From the NCBI GenBank assembly GCA_021155085.1, contig JAJNQA010000048.1, positions 4,023-68,022 of the forward strand: 64,000 nt of DNA, read 5' to 3'. A model generated the notes under the pieces. It ran no database searches and was not told where the DNA came from. It saw only the letters and a list, made by a program, of their open reading frames with translations. A program made the translations under genes and the position numbers. Of this stretch, positions 1 through 8,917 are shown in pieces (position 1 is the stretch's first letter; each line of letters begins with the position of its first letter). Origin of the DNA: Heliomicrobium sp. (lineage in GTDB: Bacteria; Acidobacteriota; Blastocatellia; RBC074).

Positions 1-1329
1 CCTGTGCCGAAGCGCGACACCAACAATCTGCAACCGCGAATCGGTTTCAACTGGAGCCCGCGATTTGAAGGCGGCGCGCTGGGCTGGCTGACGGGCGGCG
101 ACAAACTGGTCATCCGAGGCGGGTATTCGCGAACGCATGATTACGGGTTTATCAACATCAACCTGAACATCGCCAGCGCCTTCCCGTTCCTGTTCGCATT
201 GAATCCATCGCTGACCGGCGCCTACGCCAACCTGCTGAACGCGCCAGCGCCCAGTTCCGCGGATATTCCCTTCATTACCCGCACGACGGTGGCGGCGGAT
301 TTTCGCTCGCCCTATGCCGATCAATACAGCTTCGAGATGCAACGCGAACTGGCCAAAGACTGGGCGCTGCGCATTGGTTACGTGGCCACGAAAGGCACAG
401 GCTTGTTCCAGACGGTGGATGGCAATCCGGTGGTCGCCAATCGAACCAACCGGACGGACGCGAGTTTCCTCTATTCGCCCGCGCCGAGTTTTCAGAACGT
501 GCCTCGACGCGTGGATTTGACGCGCGGCGCCATTCGCGAACGCTCCAATTCAGCCTCTTCGATCTACCATTCACTGCAAACCAGTCTGGAAAAACGGTTG
601 AGCCGGAATTTCAGCATGGGCATGCACTACACCTGGAGCACGTTCATTGACGATGCTTCCGAAGTCTTCAACCCGCAACCGGCGGGCGAAATCGCGACGC
701 CGCAAGATCCGTACAACCGGCGCGGAGACCGCGGGCGGTCCAGTTACGACCGGCCGCACCGTTTCACGGGAAATGCGGTTTACGAATTCCCGTTCTTCCG
801 CGAACAGCAAGGGCTGGCGGGGCACGTTCTGGGAGGCTGGCAGGCCAATGCCTTCTTCACGCTGCAAAGCGGAACGCCCTTTACGGTGCTCAACGGCGCT
901 GATCCGGCAGGCGTTCTGCAAGGCATAGACTCGTTGGTGGGCAATGCGATTCGCCCGAATCAGATCACCACCGAAGACCTCTCCAGCCTGAACATCATCG
1001 AGTTGTGGAATCGGGTGACGGCGGCGCGGCTGGCCAATCAGGCCAATCCGTTTTTCGCGGCGCTGACGGCGGGACAGCGCACGGGGAACATCGGGCGCAA
1101 CACTCTGCGCGCCGACGGCATCGCCAACCTGGATTTCGGGATCATCAAAAACACCAAAGTTCGTGAAGGTCAGCAGCTTCAATTTCGCGCTGATATTTAC
1201 AACCTGACCAACACGCGCAACTTCGGCACGCCGAATTCGGCCATTAACTCCGGCGCCAACTTTCTGAATCAGTGGGCGACCAACGGCGGCAATCGCCGCA
1301 TTTTGCTCGGACTCCGCTACACCTTCTAA
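1..1329 (+). CDS. TonB-dependent receptor, C-terminal beta-barrel part (5' end lies outside the window)
   Basis: The ORF is open to the window edge. It ends in ...ILLGLRYTF, with the terminal aromatic residue typical of outer-membrane beta-barrels. By eye it is about three-quarters identical to the last 440 aa of the 1810..5022 product. Confidence 0.85.
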   Translation, partial: PVPKRDTNNLQPRIGFNWSPRFEGGALGWLTGGDKLVIRGGYSRTHDYGFININLNIASAFPFLFALNPSLTGAYANLLNAPAPSSADIPFITRTTVAADFRSPYADQYSFEMQRELAKDWALRIGYVATKGTGLFQTVDGNPVVANRTNRTDASFLYSPAPSFQNVPRRVDLTRGAIRERSNSASSIYHSLQTSLEKRLSRNFSMGMHYTWSTFIDDASEVFNPQPAGEIATPQDPYNRRGDRGRSSYDRPHRFTGNAVYEFPFFREQQGLAGHVLGGWQANAFFTLQSGTPFTVLNGADPAGVLQGIDSLVGNAIRPNQITTEDLSSLNIIELWNRVTAARLANQANPFFAALTAGQRTGNIGRNTLRADGIANLDFGIIKNTKVREGQQLQFRADIYNLTNTRNFGTPNSAINSGANFLNQWATNGGNRRILLGLRYTF

Positions 1330-1360
1330 TCGGAAGGCCGGTTGAGTTCACTAAAAAAAT

Positions 1361-1396
1361 CGAGGGCTGAAATGCACGACTGCATTTCAGCCCTCG
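1361..1396 (+). terminator. Rho-independent terminator-like hairpin after the first receptor gene
   Basis: A perfect 16 bp stem (cgagggctgaaatgca / tgcatttcagccctcg) with a 4 nt loop lies 32 nt after the stop codon and is followed by a T-rich tract. Confidence 0.7.
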
Positions 1397-1809
1397 TAAC
1401 TTTCTTAATTTCTTGTCCTGGTCAATTCCTCCCACCAATTTCCTGATTCTCCATCATCAGACCCTGATCCACTTTTTCCTGACCATTACGTTTTGGAATC
1501 CGAAAATCTGAAGAGATTATCCAAGTTTTTGCACTGCTGCATTTGTCATCTGGCTGATTTGTTAATGTAAATCCAGCATATTGCGGGAATTAGCGAAACT
1601 CGCCTGTTGTCGTCTTGATAGGAACATGACTTGCCAATAACAAGATTCACTTGAGTTACAAAATATCATTGTTGCTATAACTTGCTTTGATCCGTTGTTG
1701 CCAGGGGTGAAACCCAACCTTCCCCAAACAACTGCAAAGATGGGAGCCATTCCCAATTTTCGTTCAACTCCGCAGTTAGGAAAATCAATCACAAAATCAG
1801 GAGGGTAAT

Positions 1810-4800
1810 ATGAAAAATACAATGAAGTTGATGACGGCCCTGCTTGCGCTATTGATAGGCGTAACCTGGCACGTCAATGCTCAATCCACCGCCGGAGCGA
1901 TTTCCGGCATTGTGACGGATCAGCAGGGAGCGGTGGTCGCCAATGCCGCCGTGACTGCTCGAAACGTCGGCACCAATGAATCGCGTTCGGCGATGACCGA
2001 CGGAGAAGGCCGGTACCGGTTTCCGAGCCTGTCGGTTGGCAATTACGAAATTACGGTCCAGGCCAGAGGCTTCGCCAAATACATCCGCACGGGCGTCGAA
2101 TTGCTGCTGAATCAGGAAGCGGTGGTCAACGCTCCGCTCAAAACGAGCACGGTGGAGGAAGTCGTGACCATCAACGAAAATGCTTCGTTGCTGAACACGA
2201 CCAACGCCGAAGTCAGCACGCGCTTTGACAGCAAGCGCCTGTCGGAATTGCCGCTTGCGCCAAACCGCAATGTGCTGAACGTGGCGCTGTCGGCAGCGGG
2301 CGTCAGCCAACTGGGCAGCGGCCAGACCGGTTTCGCGCAAGGCTTGAATTTCTCGGTCAACGGCATGCGCCTGCGCTCGAACAACTTCATGCTCGACGGC
2401 CAGGACAGCAACGATCCCAGCGTCAGCGGTTCGCAGCAGCCGATCAACAATCCGGACGTGGTGCAGGAATTCCGGCTGGTGACCAATCAGTTCGCGCCCG
2501 AATATGGCCGTGCCGCGGGTTCGGTGGTCAACATCGTCAGCAAGTCCGGCTCCAACAATTTTCACGGCTCGGGTTTCTGGTTCAATAATAACGAAGTCTT
2601 CAACGCGCGCAGCAATCTGGACAAGGCCGCTGGCTTTACCGACGCGCCCCGCCGGAATGAAAACCAGTTCGGCGGAACGCTGGGCGGGCCGATTATCAAA
2701 GACAAGACCTTCTTCTTCGGTTCCTATCAGCGCTGGACGGATCGCCAGCTCGGCTCCGGCGCGACGATCAATGGAGTGCCGACCGAGGCCGGCCGCCAGA
2801 TTTTGCAGGCCCAGGCCGGCAGCCGCCCACAGGTCGCGGCGTTGCTGAAATTCCTGCCCGCGGCGACGACGGCAAACAACACTTCCGCCAACTTCACACT
2901 TAACAACCAGACCTTTACCGTGCCGCTGGGATCACTGACCAGCGCGAACTCGGTGGCCTTCAATAATCATCAATGGAGCGGTCGTGTTGATCACCGCTTC
3001 AACGACAAGCACCAGATCAATGGCCGCTTCTTCTTCAACGATGAAAACAGCGGCGGAACCGGACAAGCCACGCCGGTCGGACTGGCGAATCTGGTTACGA
3101 CGCGCAACCAGTCCGCCAACATTGGCTTTACCAGCATTCTGTCCAATTCAGTGGTCAATGAATTCCGCGTCGCTTATCAGCGGTTCGGTTCCGTCACCAA
3201 TGCGGCGGACCCGTCGTCGGAAACCATTCCGTCCATCGAAATCAACCAACTGGGTTTGATCGGTTTCAACGCCGCCGCCACGCGCACGGCGATTGGACTG
3301 GCCGTCAACCTGCCGCAATTCCGTTTCAACAACACCTACCAGATTCTGGACAACCTGTCGTGGACGCGCGGCAGCCACGCCATGAAATTCGGCTTTGATA
3401 TTCGCCGCGTGCAGGTCAAGAGCTTCTTTTTCCCGACCATCCGCGGCCGTCTGGCATATGCCACGTTGGACAGTTTCGTCAACGATGTGGCCATTGCCTC
3501 GGCAATCAACAAGCCCGTGCCAGGCGGGTCCGAGATCCAGTATTACAACTGGTATGACTATTTCTTCTACGCGCAGGACGAATGGAAGGTCAGACCGAAC
3601 TTCTCCCTGACCTATGGGTTGCGTTACGAGACGCCGGGCAATTCCGTAGGGTCGCTGCAACCATTCAACGATGCCATTCTGGCGGCCAACGGCAACAATC
3701 CGGTGTTCCGGTTCCGCAATCCGAACCGCGACACGAACAACCTGCAACCACGTTTCGGGTTCAACTGGCGTCCTGATTTCGGCAGCGACGGCGTTGCCGG
3801 AATGCTGTTTGGCGGAGACAAGACTGTCATTCGCGGCGGGTATTCGCGCACCAACGATTACGGATTCATCAACATCAACCTGAACGTTGCCAGCGCGTTT
3901 CCGTTCGTGTTCGCGCTGAATCCTTCCCTGAACAACGCCTATTCCAACCTGCTGAGCGCCGCCGCTCCGCCGGCGGCCAATCTGCCGTTCATCACCCAGA
4001 CAACGGTGGGCGCGGATTTCCGCTCGCCCTCCGCCGATCAGTTCAGCCTGGAAGTTTCGCGCGAACTGTCGAAGGACGTGGTGTTGCGTGTCGGTTACGT
4101 TGGCACGAAGGGCAACGGCTTGTTCCAGACGGTGGATGGCAATCCGGTGGTCAGGGAACGCACCAATCGTACCGACCCGGCGTTTCTTTACAACCCGACA
4201 CCGACATTGACCAATCAGCCGCGCCGTGTGGATTTGACGCGGGGCGTCGAACGTCTGCGCTGCAACTGCGCGCAATCCATTTACCATTCGTTGCAGGTCA
4301 GCGTGGACAAACGCCTGAGCAAGAATTTCAGCGCGGGCGTGCATTACACCTGGAGCACCTTCATTGACACAGCGTCGGAAATCTTCAACCCGCAACCGCA
4401 GGGCGAAGTCGCCACGCCGCAAGACCCTTACAATCTGAACGCCGACCGTGCGCGTTCCAGCTACGACCGTCCGCACCGCTTGACGGGCAATGTGGTGTAC
4501 GAATTCCCGTTCTTCCGCGATCAGGCGGGCGCGGCAGGACGCTTCCTGGGCGGCTGGCAGGCCAACGCCTTCTTCACGCTCCAAAGTGGCACGCCGTTCA
4601 CGATCCTGAACGGTGCTGACCCGGCGGGCACGCTGCAAGGCATTGATGCGCTGGTGGGCAATGCGATTCGTCCAAATCTCAACACCACGCTCGACCTGTC
4701 CAGCATGAATCTGATCGAGATTCGCGCGGCAGGGGGCGCCAGCCTGTTTTCGGCGCTGACCGCTGGACAGCGCACCGGAAACATTGGACGCAACACGATT

Positions 4801-5022
4801 CGTGGCGACGGAATTGCCAACATTGATTTCGGCATCTTCAAAAACACGAAGATTTTTGAAGGTCACAATCTGCAGTTCCGCGCCGAGTTCTTCAACCTGA
4901 CCAACACGCGCAACTTCGGCACGCCGAATACCGCGATCAACTCAGGGGCGAACTTCCTGAATCAATGGGCGACCAACGGCGGCAACCGCCGCATCCTGAT
5001 GGGCCTGCGCTACACCTTCTAA
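1810..5022 (+). CDS. TonB-dependent receptor with N-terminal CarboxypepD_reg-like domain (1070 aa)
   Basis: AGGAGG lies 5 nt upstream of the ATG. The signal peptide ends ...WHVNAQ. An N-terminal beta-sandwich module is present (ISGIVTDQQGAVVANAAVTARNVGT...GRYRFPSLSVGNYEITV). A plug-like region follows (NFSVNGMRLRSNNFMLDGQDSND), then a long barrel ending in RYTF. Confidence 0.9.
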   Translation: MKNTMKLMTALLALLIGVTWHVNAQSTAGAISGIVTDQQGAVVANAAVTARNVGTNESRSAMTDGEGRYRFPSLSVGNYEITVQARGFAKYIRTGVELLLNQEAVVNAPLKTSTVEEVVTINENASLLNTTNAEVSTRFDSKRLSELPLAPNRNVLNVALSAAGVSQLGSGQTGFAQGLNFSVNGMRLRSNNFMLDGQDSNDPSVSGSQQPINNPDVVQEFRLVTNQFAPEYGRAAGSVVNIVSKSGSNNFHGSGFWFNNNEVFNARSNLDKAAGFTDAPRRNENQFGGTLGGPIIKDKTFFFGSYQRWTDRQLGSGATINGVPTEAGRQILQAQAGSRPQVAALLKFLPAATTANNTSANFTLNNQTFTVPLGSLTSANSVAFNNHQWSGRVDHRFNDKHQINGRFFFNDENSGGTGQATPVGLANLVTTRNQSANIGFTSILSNSVVNEFRVAYQRFGSVTNAADPSSETIPSIEINQLGLIGFNAAATRTAIGLAVNLPQFRFNNTYQILDNLSWTRGSHAMKFGFDIRRVQVKSFFFPTIRGRLAYATLDSFVNDVAIASAINKPVPGGSEIQYYNWYDYFFYAQDEWKVRPNFSLTYGLRYETPGNSVGSLQPFNDAILAANGNNPVFRFRNPNRDTNNLQPRFGFNWRPDFGSDGVAGMLFGGDKTVIRGGYSRTNDYGFININLNVASAFPFVFALNPSLNNAYSNLLSAAAPPAANLPFITQTTVGADFRSPSADQFSLEVSRELSKDVVLRVGYVGTKGNGLFQTVDGNPVVRERTNRTDPAFLYNPTPTLTNQPRRVDLTRGVERLRCNCAQSIYHSLQVSVDKRLSKNFSAGVHYTWSTFIDTASEIFNPQPQGEVATPQDPYNLNADRARSSYDRPHRLTGNVVYEFPFFRDQAGAAGRFLGGWQANAFFTLQSGTPFTILNGADPAGTLQGIDALVGNAIRPNLNTTLDLSSMNLIEIRAAGGASLFSALTAGQRTGNIGRNTIRGDGIANIDFGIFKNTKIFEGHNLQFRAEFFNLTNTRNFGTPNTAINSGANFLNQWATNGGNRRILMGLRYTF

Positions 5023-5047
5023 CGAAAACCACCGGTTTTCCCCAAGC

Positions 5048-5088
5048 CAAAGAGGGCTGGAAAGCGAATCGCTTTCCAGCCCTCTTTG
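5048..5088 (+). terminator. Rho-independent terminator after the second receptor gene
   Basis: The stem is agagggctggaaagcg / cgctttccagccctct (16 bp, 3 nt loop), followed by ttgctgttt. The stem begins with the same GAGGGCTG motif as the terminator at 1361. Confidence 0.7.
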
Positions 5089-5128
5089 CTGTTTCCGTCA
5101 TACAGCGTCTGACTGCCGATGGCTGCCT

Positions 5129-5797
5129 TTACCGCCTTGCCGTCACGCAGGCGGTTTCATACCCGGCGCGCCGCCGGGTGATTTTCACATCGCGAAAGCC
5201 TACCCAGCGCACCAATCCGGCGGCTTCCGCGACTTCTTCCTGTGAAAAGCCGGGCGCGAACTGCAAAGATTTTCCCGGCTCCTTCATTCGCAGGCACAAC
5301 ACCAGCAAGCCATCCTGTCGCAGCACGCGCTGAATTTCGACCAGATTGAATTCGGCGTTGGGCCAGAACTGATAATTGTTCACGGCCAGCACTTTGTCGA
5401 AACGGGCGTATTCATAGGGGAGGTTGGCGACGCTGCCCTGACAGACTTCGACGCGGCCCGCCATGATCTTTTCGCGGTTGCGTCTGGCGGCCTGGCGAAC
5501 CATGACGCTGGAAAGATCAACGCCGGCCACCAATCCCTGATGCGCGCGTTCGGCCAGCCATTGCAGCGTACGGCCATGCCCGAAGCCGATTTCCAGAATT
5601 TGATCCGGCGGTTGTGGGGCGAGCGTTTCGACCGCGAAGCGATTCATTCCGGCATTTTTGAACGCCATCAGCCGTCCGACCAGACCGCCCAGCCTGCCTT
5701 GCGGGCAGGCGAACTGCGATTTCAACCGGTTGGACGGACAAGAAGACGGGCGTGGCGATTCGAGAAAGGGGTGCGTAAGATTGATCCGTGAGTGCAT
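5129..5797 (-). CDS. Class I SAM-dependent methyltransferase
   Basis: It carries the motif I ILEIGFGHG and Methyltransf_11-like downstream motifs. I place the start at the ATG at 5797, preceded by AAGGAG. The ORF-track start at 5812 is a TTG that overlaps that RBS. Confidence 0.8.
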   Translation of the reverse strand: MHSRINLTHPFLESPRPSSCPSNRLKSQFACPQGRLGGLVGRLMAFKNAGMNRFAVETLAPQPPDQILEIGFGHGRTLQWLAERAHQGLVAGVDLSSVMVRQAARRNREKIMAGRVEVCQGSVANLPYEYARFDKVLAVNNYQFWPNAEFNLVEIQRVLRQDGLLVLCLRMKEPGKSLQFAPGFSQEEVAEAAGLVRWVGFRDVKITRRRAGYETACVTARR

Positions 5798-5894
5798 CTG
5801 TCGCTCCTTCAAAAAAGCGTTCGTAGTTCCGCGTTACGCGGCGGGACTTGGCGGTCAAGACTTTTCGCTGGAAGACGGGACTACAAACTTTGTT

Positions 5895-6407
5895 TTACTT
5901 GAGGGATTTCAGCAGCCGCTGCCATTCCTTGTTCTCGAAGAACGCGCGCACGGCGCGCAAAGTTTCCGCGGCTTCGTGCATTTTTCTGTCCGGCACGCCA
6001 ACGCCGGATTTTGAAAGCAGCTTGTGTTCGCGGCGATTCATTCTGTCCACCGTTTTTTTGCCCAGCGGCGTCAGGCGCGCGAACGCGGAACGTTTGTGCG
6101 CGGGATTTTCGATGAATTCCACGTAACCGGCTTCCGCCAGTTGATTGATCAACGTTTGCACATGCTGCCGCGACACGGAACGATCCCGCGCCATTTGCGG
6201 CACGGTCTGTTCGCCGTGCTTGTCCAGATTCCGCAGAATGCTCCGCAATCCGCCGGACATTTCGCCCTGCTGATGGACTTCGTCGGCGACGATCTTCAGC
6301 CGGTGAAACAACAGCGAGGTTTCATTGATCAGCACATTGAACGCCGAATCCGCCGGTTCAGGCGCTTTCGCTTTTCGCGTGAGGGCAGTCTTTTTTTCTT
6401 CAGTCAT
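5895..6407 (-). CDS. MarR-family transcriptional regulator
   Basis: A winged-helix region typical of MarR is present (TVPQMARDRSVSRQHVQTLINQLAEAGYVEFIENPAHKRSAFARLTPLGKK). The size is 170 aa. Confidence 0.85.
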   Translation of the reverse strand: MTEEKKTALTRKAKAPEPADSAFNVLINETSLLFHRLKIVADEVHQQGEMSGGLRSILRNLDKHGEQTVPQMARDRSVSRQHVQTLINQLAEAGYVEFIENPAHKRSAFARLTPLGKKTVDRMNRREHKLLSKSGVGVPDRKMHEAAETLRAVRAFFENKEWQRLLKSLK

Positions 6408-6425
6408 TCTTGAGTTACCGTGAAC

Positions 6426-6460
6426 GACAAGCAGTTTGTCATTATGACAATCTGCTTGTC
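6426..6460. promoter_or_regulatory. 35 bp near-perfect palindrome, candidate MarR operator
   Basis: In gacaagcagtttgtcattatgacaatctgcttgtc, 16 of 17 positions pair across the centre. It lies 19 nt upstream of the marR-like ATG. Confidence 0.6.
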
Positions 6461-6563
6461 AATTTTTGTTTTGCCAAACAGACGCGGAAAAACGCTTTTC
6501 CGCGCAGGTTCCGGGCTTTCATCAAAAAGCGGGGAATGATTCCAGGATTCGGTCAGGCCGCAA

Positions 6564-6600
6564 GACAAAAAAAGGGCAAGCTGATTGCGCCTGCCCTTTC
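6564..6600 (-). terminator. Rho-independent terminator after the 170 aa secreted-protein gene
   Basis: On the minus strand the stem AAAGGGCA/TGCCCTTT is followed by a T-run (the A7 run at about 6564-6573 on the plus strand). It lies about 25 nt after the stop codon at 6624. Confidence 0.6.
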
Positions 6601-6623
6601 TAAACGATTCTTTTCCGGCTCGG

Positions 6624-7136
6624 TTACTGTTTATCGAAATAAAGCCTGAAAGTTTGCGTGCCCTGTGGCGACTGGCGAGTGCGCGTGATTTTCAAGGCAT
6701 CGCCGATCAATTGCCATTGTTCTTTGGTGGTAATGCTGGCGGGGGTGCCTCCGGCATCGCCCTTGATGGTGGAAATCAGTTCGAGCGTTTTGCTGCTTTC
6801 AATCCATCTGGCTTTCAGCTTCATGGTTCCGGCCAGCGGGCGGACGACTTCGGCTTCGGTTTCGCTGCCGTCCAGATGGTAATTCAATTCCTGCGACGGC
6901 TGTTCGCGGCCACGCAGCACGACTTTCTGTTCGGCGGAAAGTGATTTGGCGTCCTGGGCGACGACCAATCGGATTTCCGCGTTGCCAAGCTGACCGGTCA
7001 ACCCGGCGCTCTTTTCGCGATTCAACACCCAGGTTCCGGCGAATCTGGGCACAGCGGTTTTCTTTTGTCCGAACGCCGCCGCGCAAGGCAACGCCAGCGC
7101 TAATAAAACCAAAAGGCAAATCTTTTTTGAAAACAT
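6624..7136 (-). CDS. Small secreted hypothetical protein (170 aa), last gene downstream of the cassette array
   Basis: It has a clear signal peptide, MFSKKICLLVLLALALPCAAAFGQ. I recognise no family motif. The composition is beta-rich. Confidence 0.7.
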   Translation of the reverse strand: MFSKKICLLVLLALALPCAAAFGQKKTAVPRFAGTWVLNREKSAGLTGQLGNAEIRLVVAQDAKSLSAEQKVVLRGREQPSQELNYHLDGSETEAEVVRPLAGTMKLKARWIESSKTLELISTIKGDAGGTPASITTKEQWQLIGDALKITRTRQSPQGTQTFRLYFDKQ

Positions 7137-7195
7137 CCTGATGAATTCCTTTCGAGATGAGAATTGCGGGGCGGGAATCGTGCCGCGATCTTACG

Positions 7196-8917
7196 CTATT
7201 TCAGCGCGCCCGTAAGCTTCAAAATCACATCCGTCATTTTTTGACAGGCTTTCAATTCAACCTCGACTTTGACAATGTTGGGGGCTGCAGCATCTTGGCG
7301 CAGACGTAGGAGCTGGGTGAGTTTTTCGTCGGGAAACTCTTGCCGACGATCCGCCGATTCGTCTACGTGGATGCCGGTCGGCACCAGAACGTATTTGCCG
7401 GGCGCGAGATTGGTGAAGGCGAATGTTCCATCCTGGCGCACCTTCGCTTCAGCGTAACGCAGCATGTCTTCGGCGGCGTCCGCTTCGGCTGGCAGCGCCA
7501 GAATATGGACCGCAGGCGGTAGGGGTGTTTCCGGCGGGTTGATTTGCACCTTGCCGCGCACACTGGCCGCGCCTTCGGCCAGTGTGACGGTGACGCCGGT
7601 CAGTTTCTCGCCTTGTTTTAAGGTCACGCCGTTGCGCGCCAGGTCTCCGGCGGCGGGTGTTGCTGCTTTGACCGCAATGGATTTCACGTACAGGTTTTCG
7701 TTCGGCAAATTCACGGATAGCCGGTGACGCAACGGCTGCAAACGGTTCAGTGTGAATTCGCCTTTTTCGTTAACCGGGCTTTCGCTGGGGTTGGGTTTGA
7801 AAATCGGTTGGGCTCCGCCTTTCGGTTTTTCTTGCGGGCGGGCGAATAGGACGATTTCTTCGATCCTGGTTTTTGGCGCTTGATCGCAGGTAGCGGGCGA
7901 CGCTTCGATGACGACACGCCCGGCGAGGGAGCCCAAGGGGAGCATTCGCAATTCCAGGCCGGTCACGTCCGCGCCCCGAACAGTGACGCGGCGAGGTTGC
8001 GACATTAATTGGTCGGCAGCTTCGGGATCGTTCGTGGCGGCCAGTTCGTATTCGCCGTCCGGCACGCCGTAAAAATCAAAGCCTGCATCCTCGCCACCAC
8101 GATAGACCAGGCTGGTGGCGACCAGCGCGCCTGTGTTGACTTGCAGCAAAGACACATTGGCTTGCGCCGCGCCGCCGGTCACCTTGCCGCTGATGGCGTT
8201 GCCGCGTTCACCGCGAAAGCGTATGTCAATGCCGGTGATTTCCGCGCCGCTCGCGACCTGGACTTCGGCGGCGGTATCGCGCGTCGAAGACGGGTAATAG
8301 GTCGGCGCGTCGTTGTCGTACAGCGAAGCTTGCGAGCCGAAATACGGATTGCCTGTGTTGGCCAGGATGACGTAGCTTCCCGGCGTCAGTCCGTAAAAAC
8401 GATAAATCCCCCGGTCGTCGGTAAAGGCGCGCACGGCGGGCGAAGCGCTTTGTCCGGCGATTGGATTGCCTTCGGCATCGCGCACCTGAATTGCGCCCAG
8501 CGGCAGCGCGATCACCGGTTGGTTGTCGGGGTTGGTGACGCGGCCCGTAATGACGCCGCCCCGGATCATTGTCAGCGTGACGTTGTCGCCGATGTGCAGA
8601 TAACGCGGCTGGGCGCGTTCGGCGGTGGATGGCGGCGCGGAAACGTAAGCGCGTCCGCCTTCCGCGCGAATCGAATAAGCGCGCGGCGGCAAATCCGTAA
8701 AGCGGAAATTACCTTCGTCGTCCGTGGTGGTTGTTCGTGTCAGGGCGAAGCGGGTCACTCCGGCAGGCGTTAAACGGACAGTGAGACCGGGCAAGTTGCC
8801 GCCGTCTTCGGTGACGACGCGACCGCTGATGACGCCTTTGTTTGGCGATTGCGCCAGCGCCAGCGAAGAAATCGAAAGCAGTAAACACGCGACCGGCAGA
8901 ATTCGACCGAGCTTCAT
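7196..8917 (-). CDS. Secreted multi-CarboxypepD_reg-like repeat protein, type A, copy 1 (573 aa)
   Basis: It has a signal peptide ending ...SLALAQ and five beta-sandwich-like modules (GVISGRVV..., GGVITGRVT...DDRGIYRFYGLTPGSYVI, NAISGKVT..., GSLAGRVV..., AASVRGKVQ...). Two conserved Cys are present (ATCDQ and ELKACQ). Its ATG abuts the stop of the upstream gene (TAAATG). Confidence 0.85.
   Translation of the reverse strand: MKLGRILPVACLLLSISSLALAQSPNKGVISGRVVTEDGGNLPGLTVRLTPAGVTRFALTRTTTTDDEGNFRFTDLPPRAYSIRAEGGRAYVSAPPSTAERAQPRYLHIGDNVTLTMIRGGVITGRVTNPDNQPVIALPLGAIQVRDAEGNPIAGQSASPAVRAFTDDRGIYRFYGLTPGSYVILANTGNPYFGSQASLYDNDAPTYYPSSTRDTAAEVQVASGAEITGIDIRFRGERGNAISGKVTGGAAQANVSLLQVNTGALVATSLVYRGGEDAGFDFYGVPDGEYELAATNDPEAADQLMSQPRRVTVRGADVTGLELRMLPLGSLAGRVVIEASPATCDQAPKTRIEEIVLFARPQEKPKGGAQPIFKPNPSESPVNEKGEFTLNRLQPLRHRLSVNLPNENLYVKSIAVKAATPAAGDLARNGVTLKQGEKLTGVTVTLAEGAASVRGKVQINPPETPLPPAVHILALPAEADAAEDMLRYAEAKVRQDGTFAFTNLAPGKYVLVPTGIHVDESADRRQEFPDEKLTQLLRLRQDAAAPNIVKVEVELKACQKMTDVILKLTGALK

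Noticed and set aside
1397-1809. A possible cobalamin riboswitch or Fur box in the AT-rich leader of the second TonB-dependent receptor.
   Set aside because: There are only vague resemblances. GGGGTGAAACCC and CCCCAAACAACTGCAAAG loosely recall cobalamin-riboswitch core elements, and AATATCATTGTT loosely recalls a Fur half-site. I could find no B12 box and no full 19 bp Fur palindrome. An Infernal/Rfam scan would be decisive.
3148-4866. Long antisense ORFs opposite real genes. Examples are 3148..4866, 9500..10633, 13072..14112, 24540..25511, 37240..39195, 47504..48847 and 54737..55762.
   Set aside because: Their translations are Arg/Ala/Gly-rich low-information sequences with no motifs, while the opposite strand encodes clearly recognisable proteins. 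These are typical shadow ORFs of high-GC DNA.
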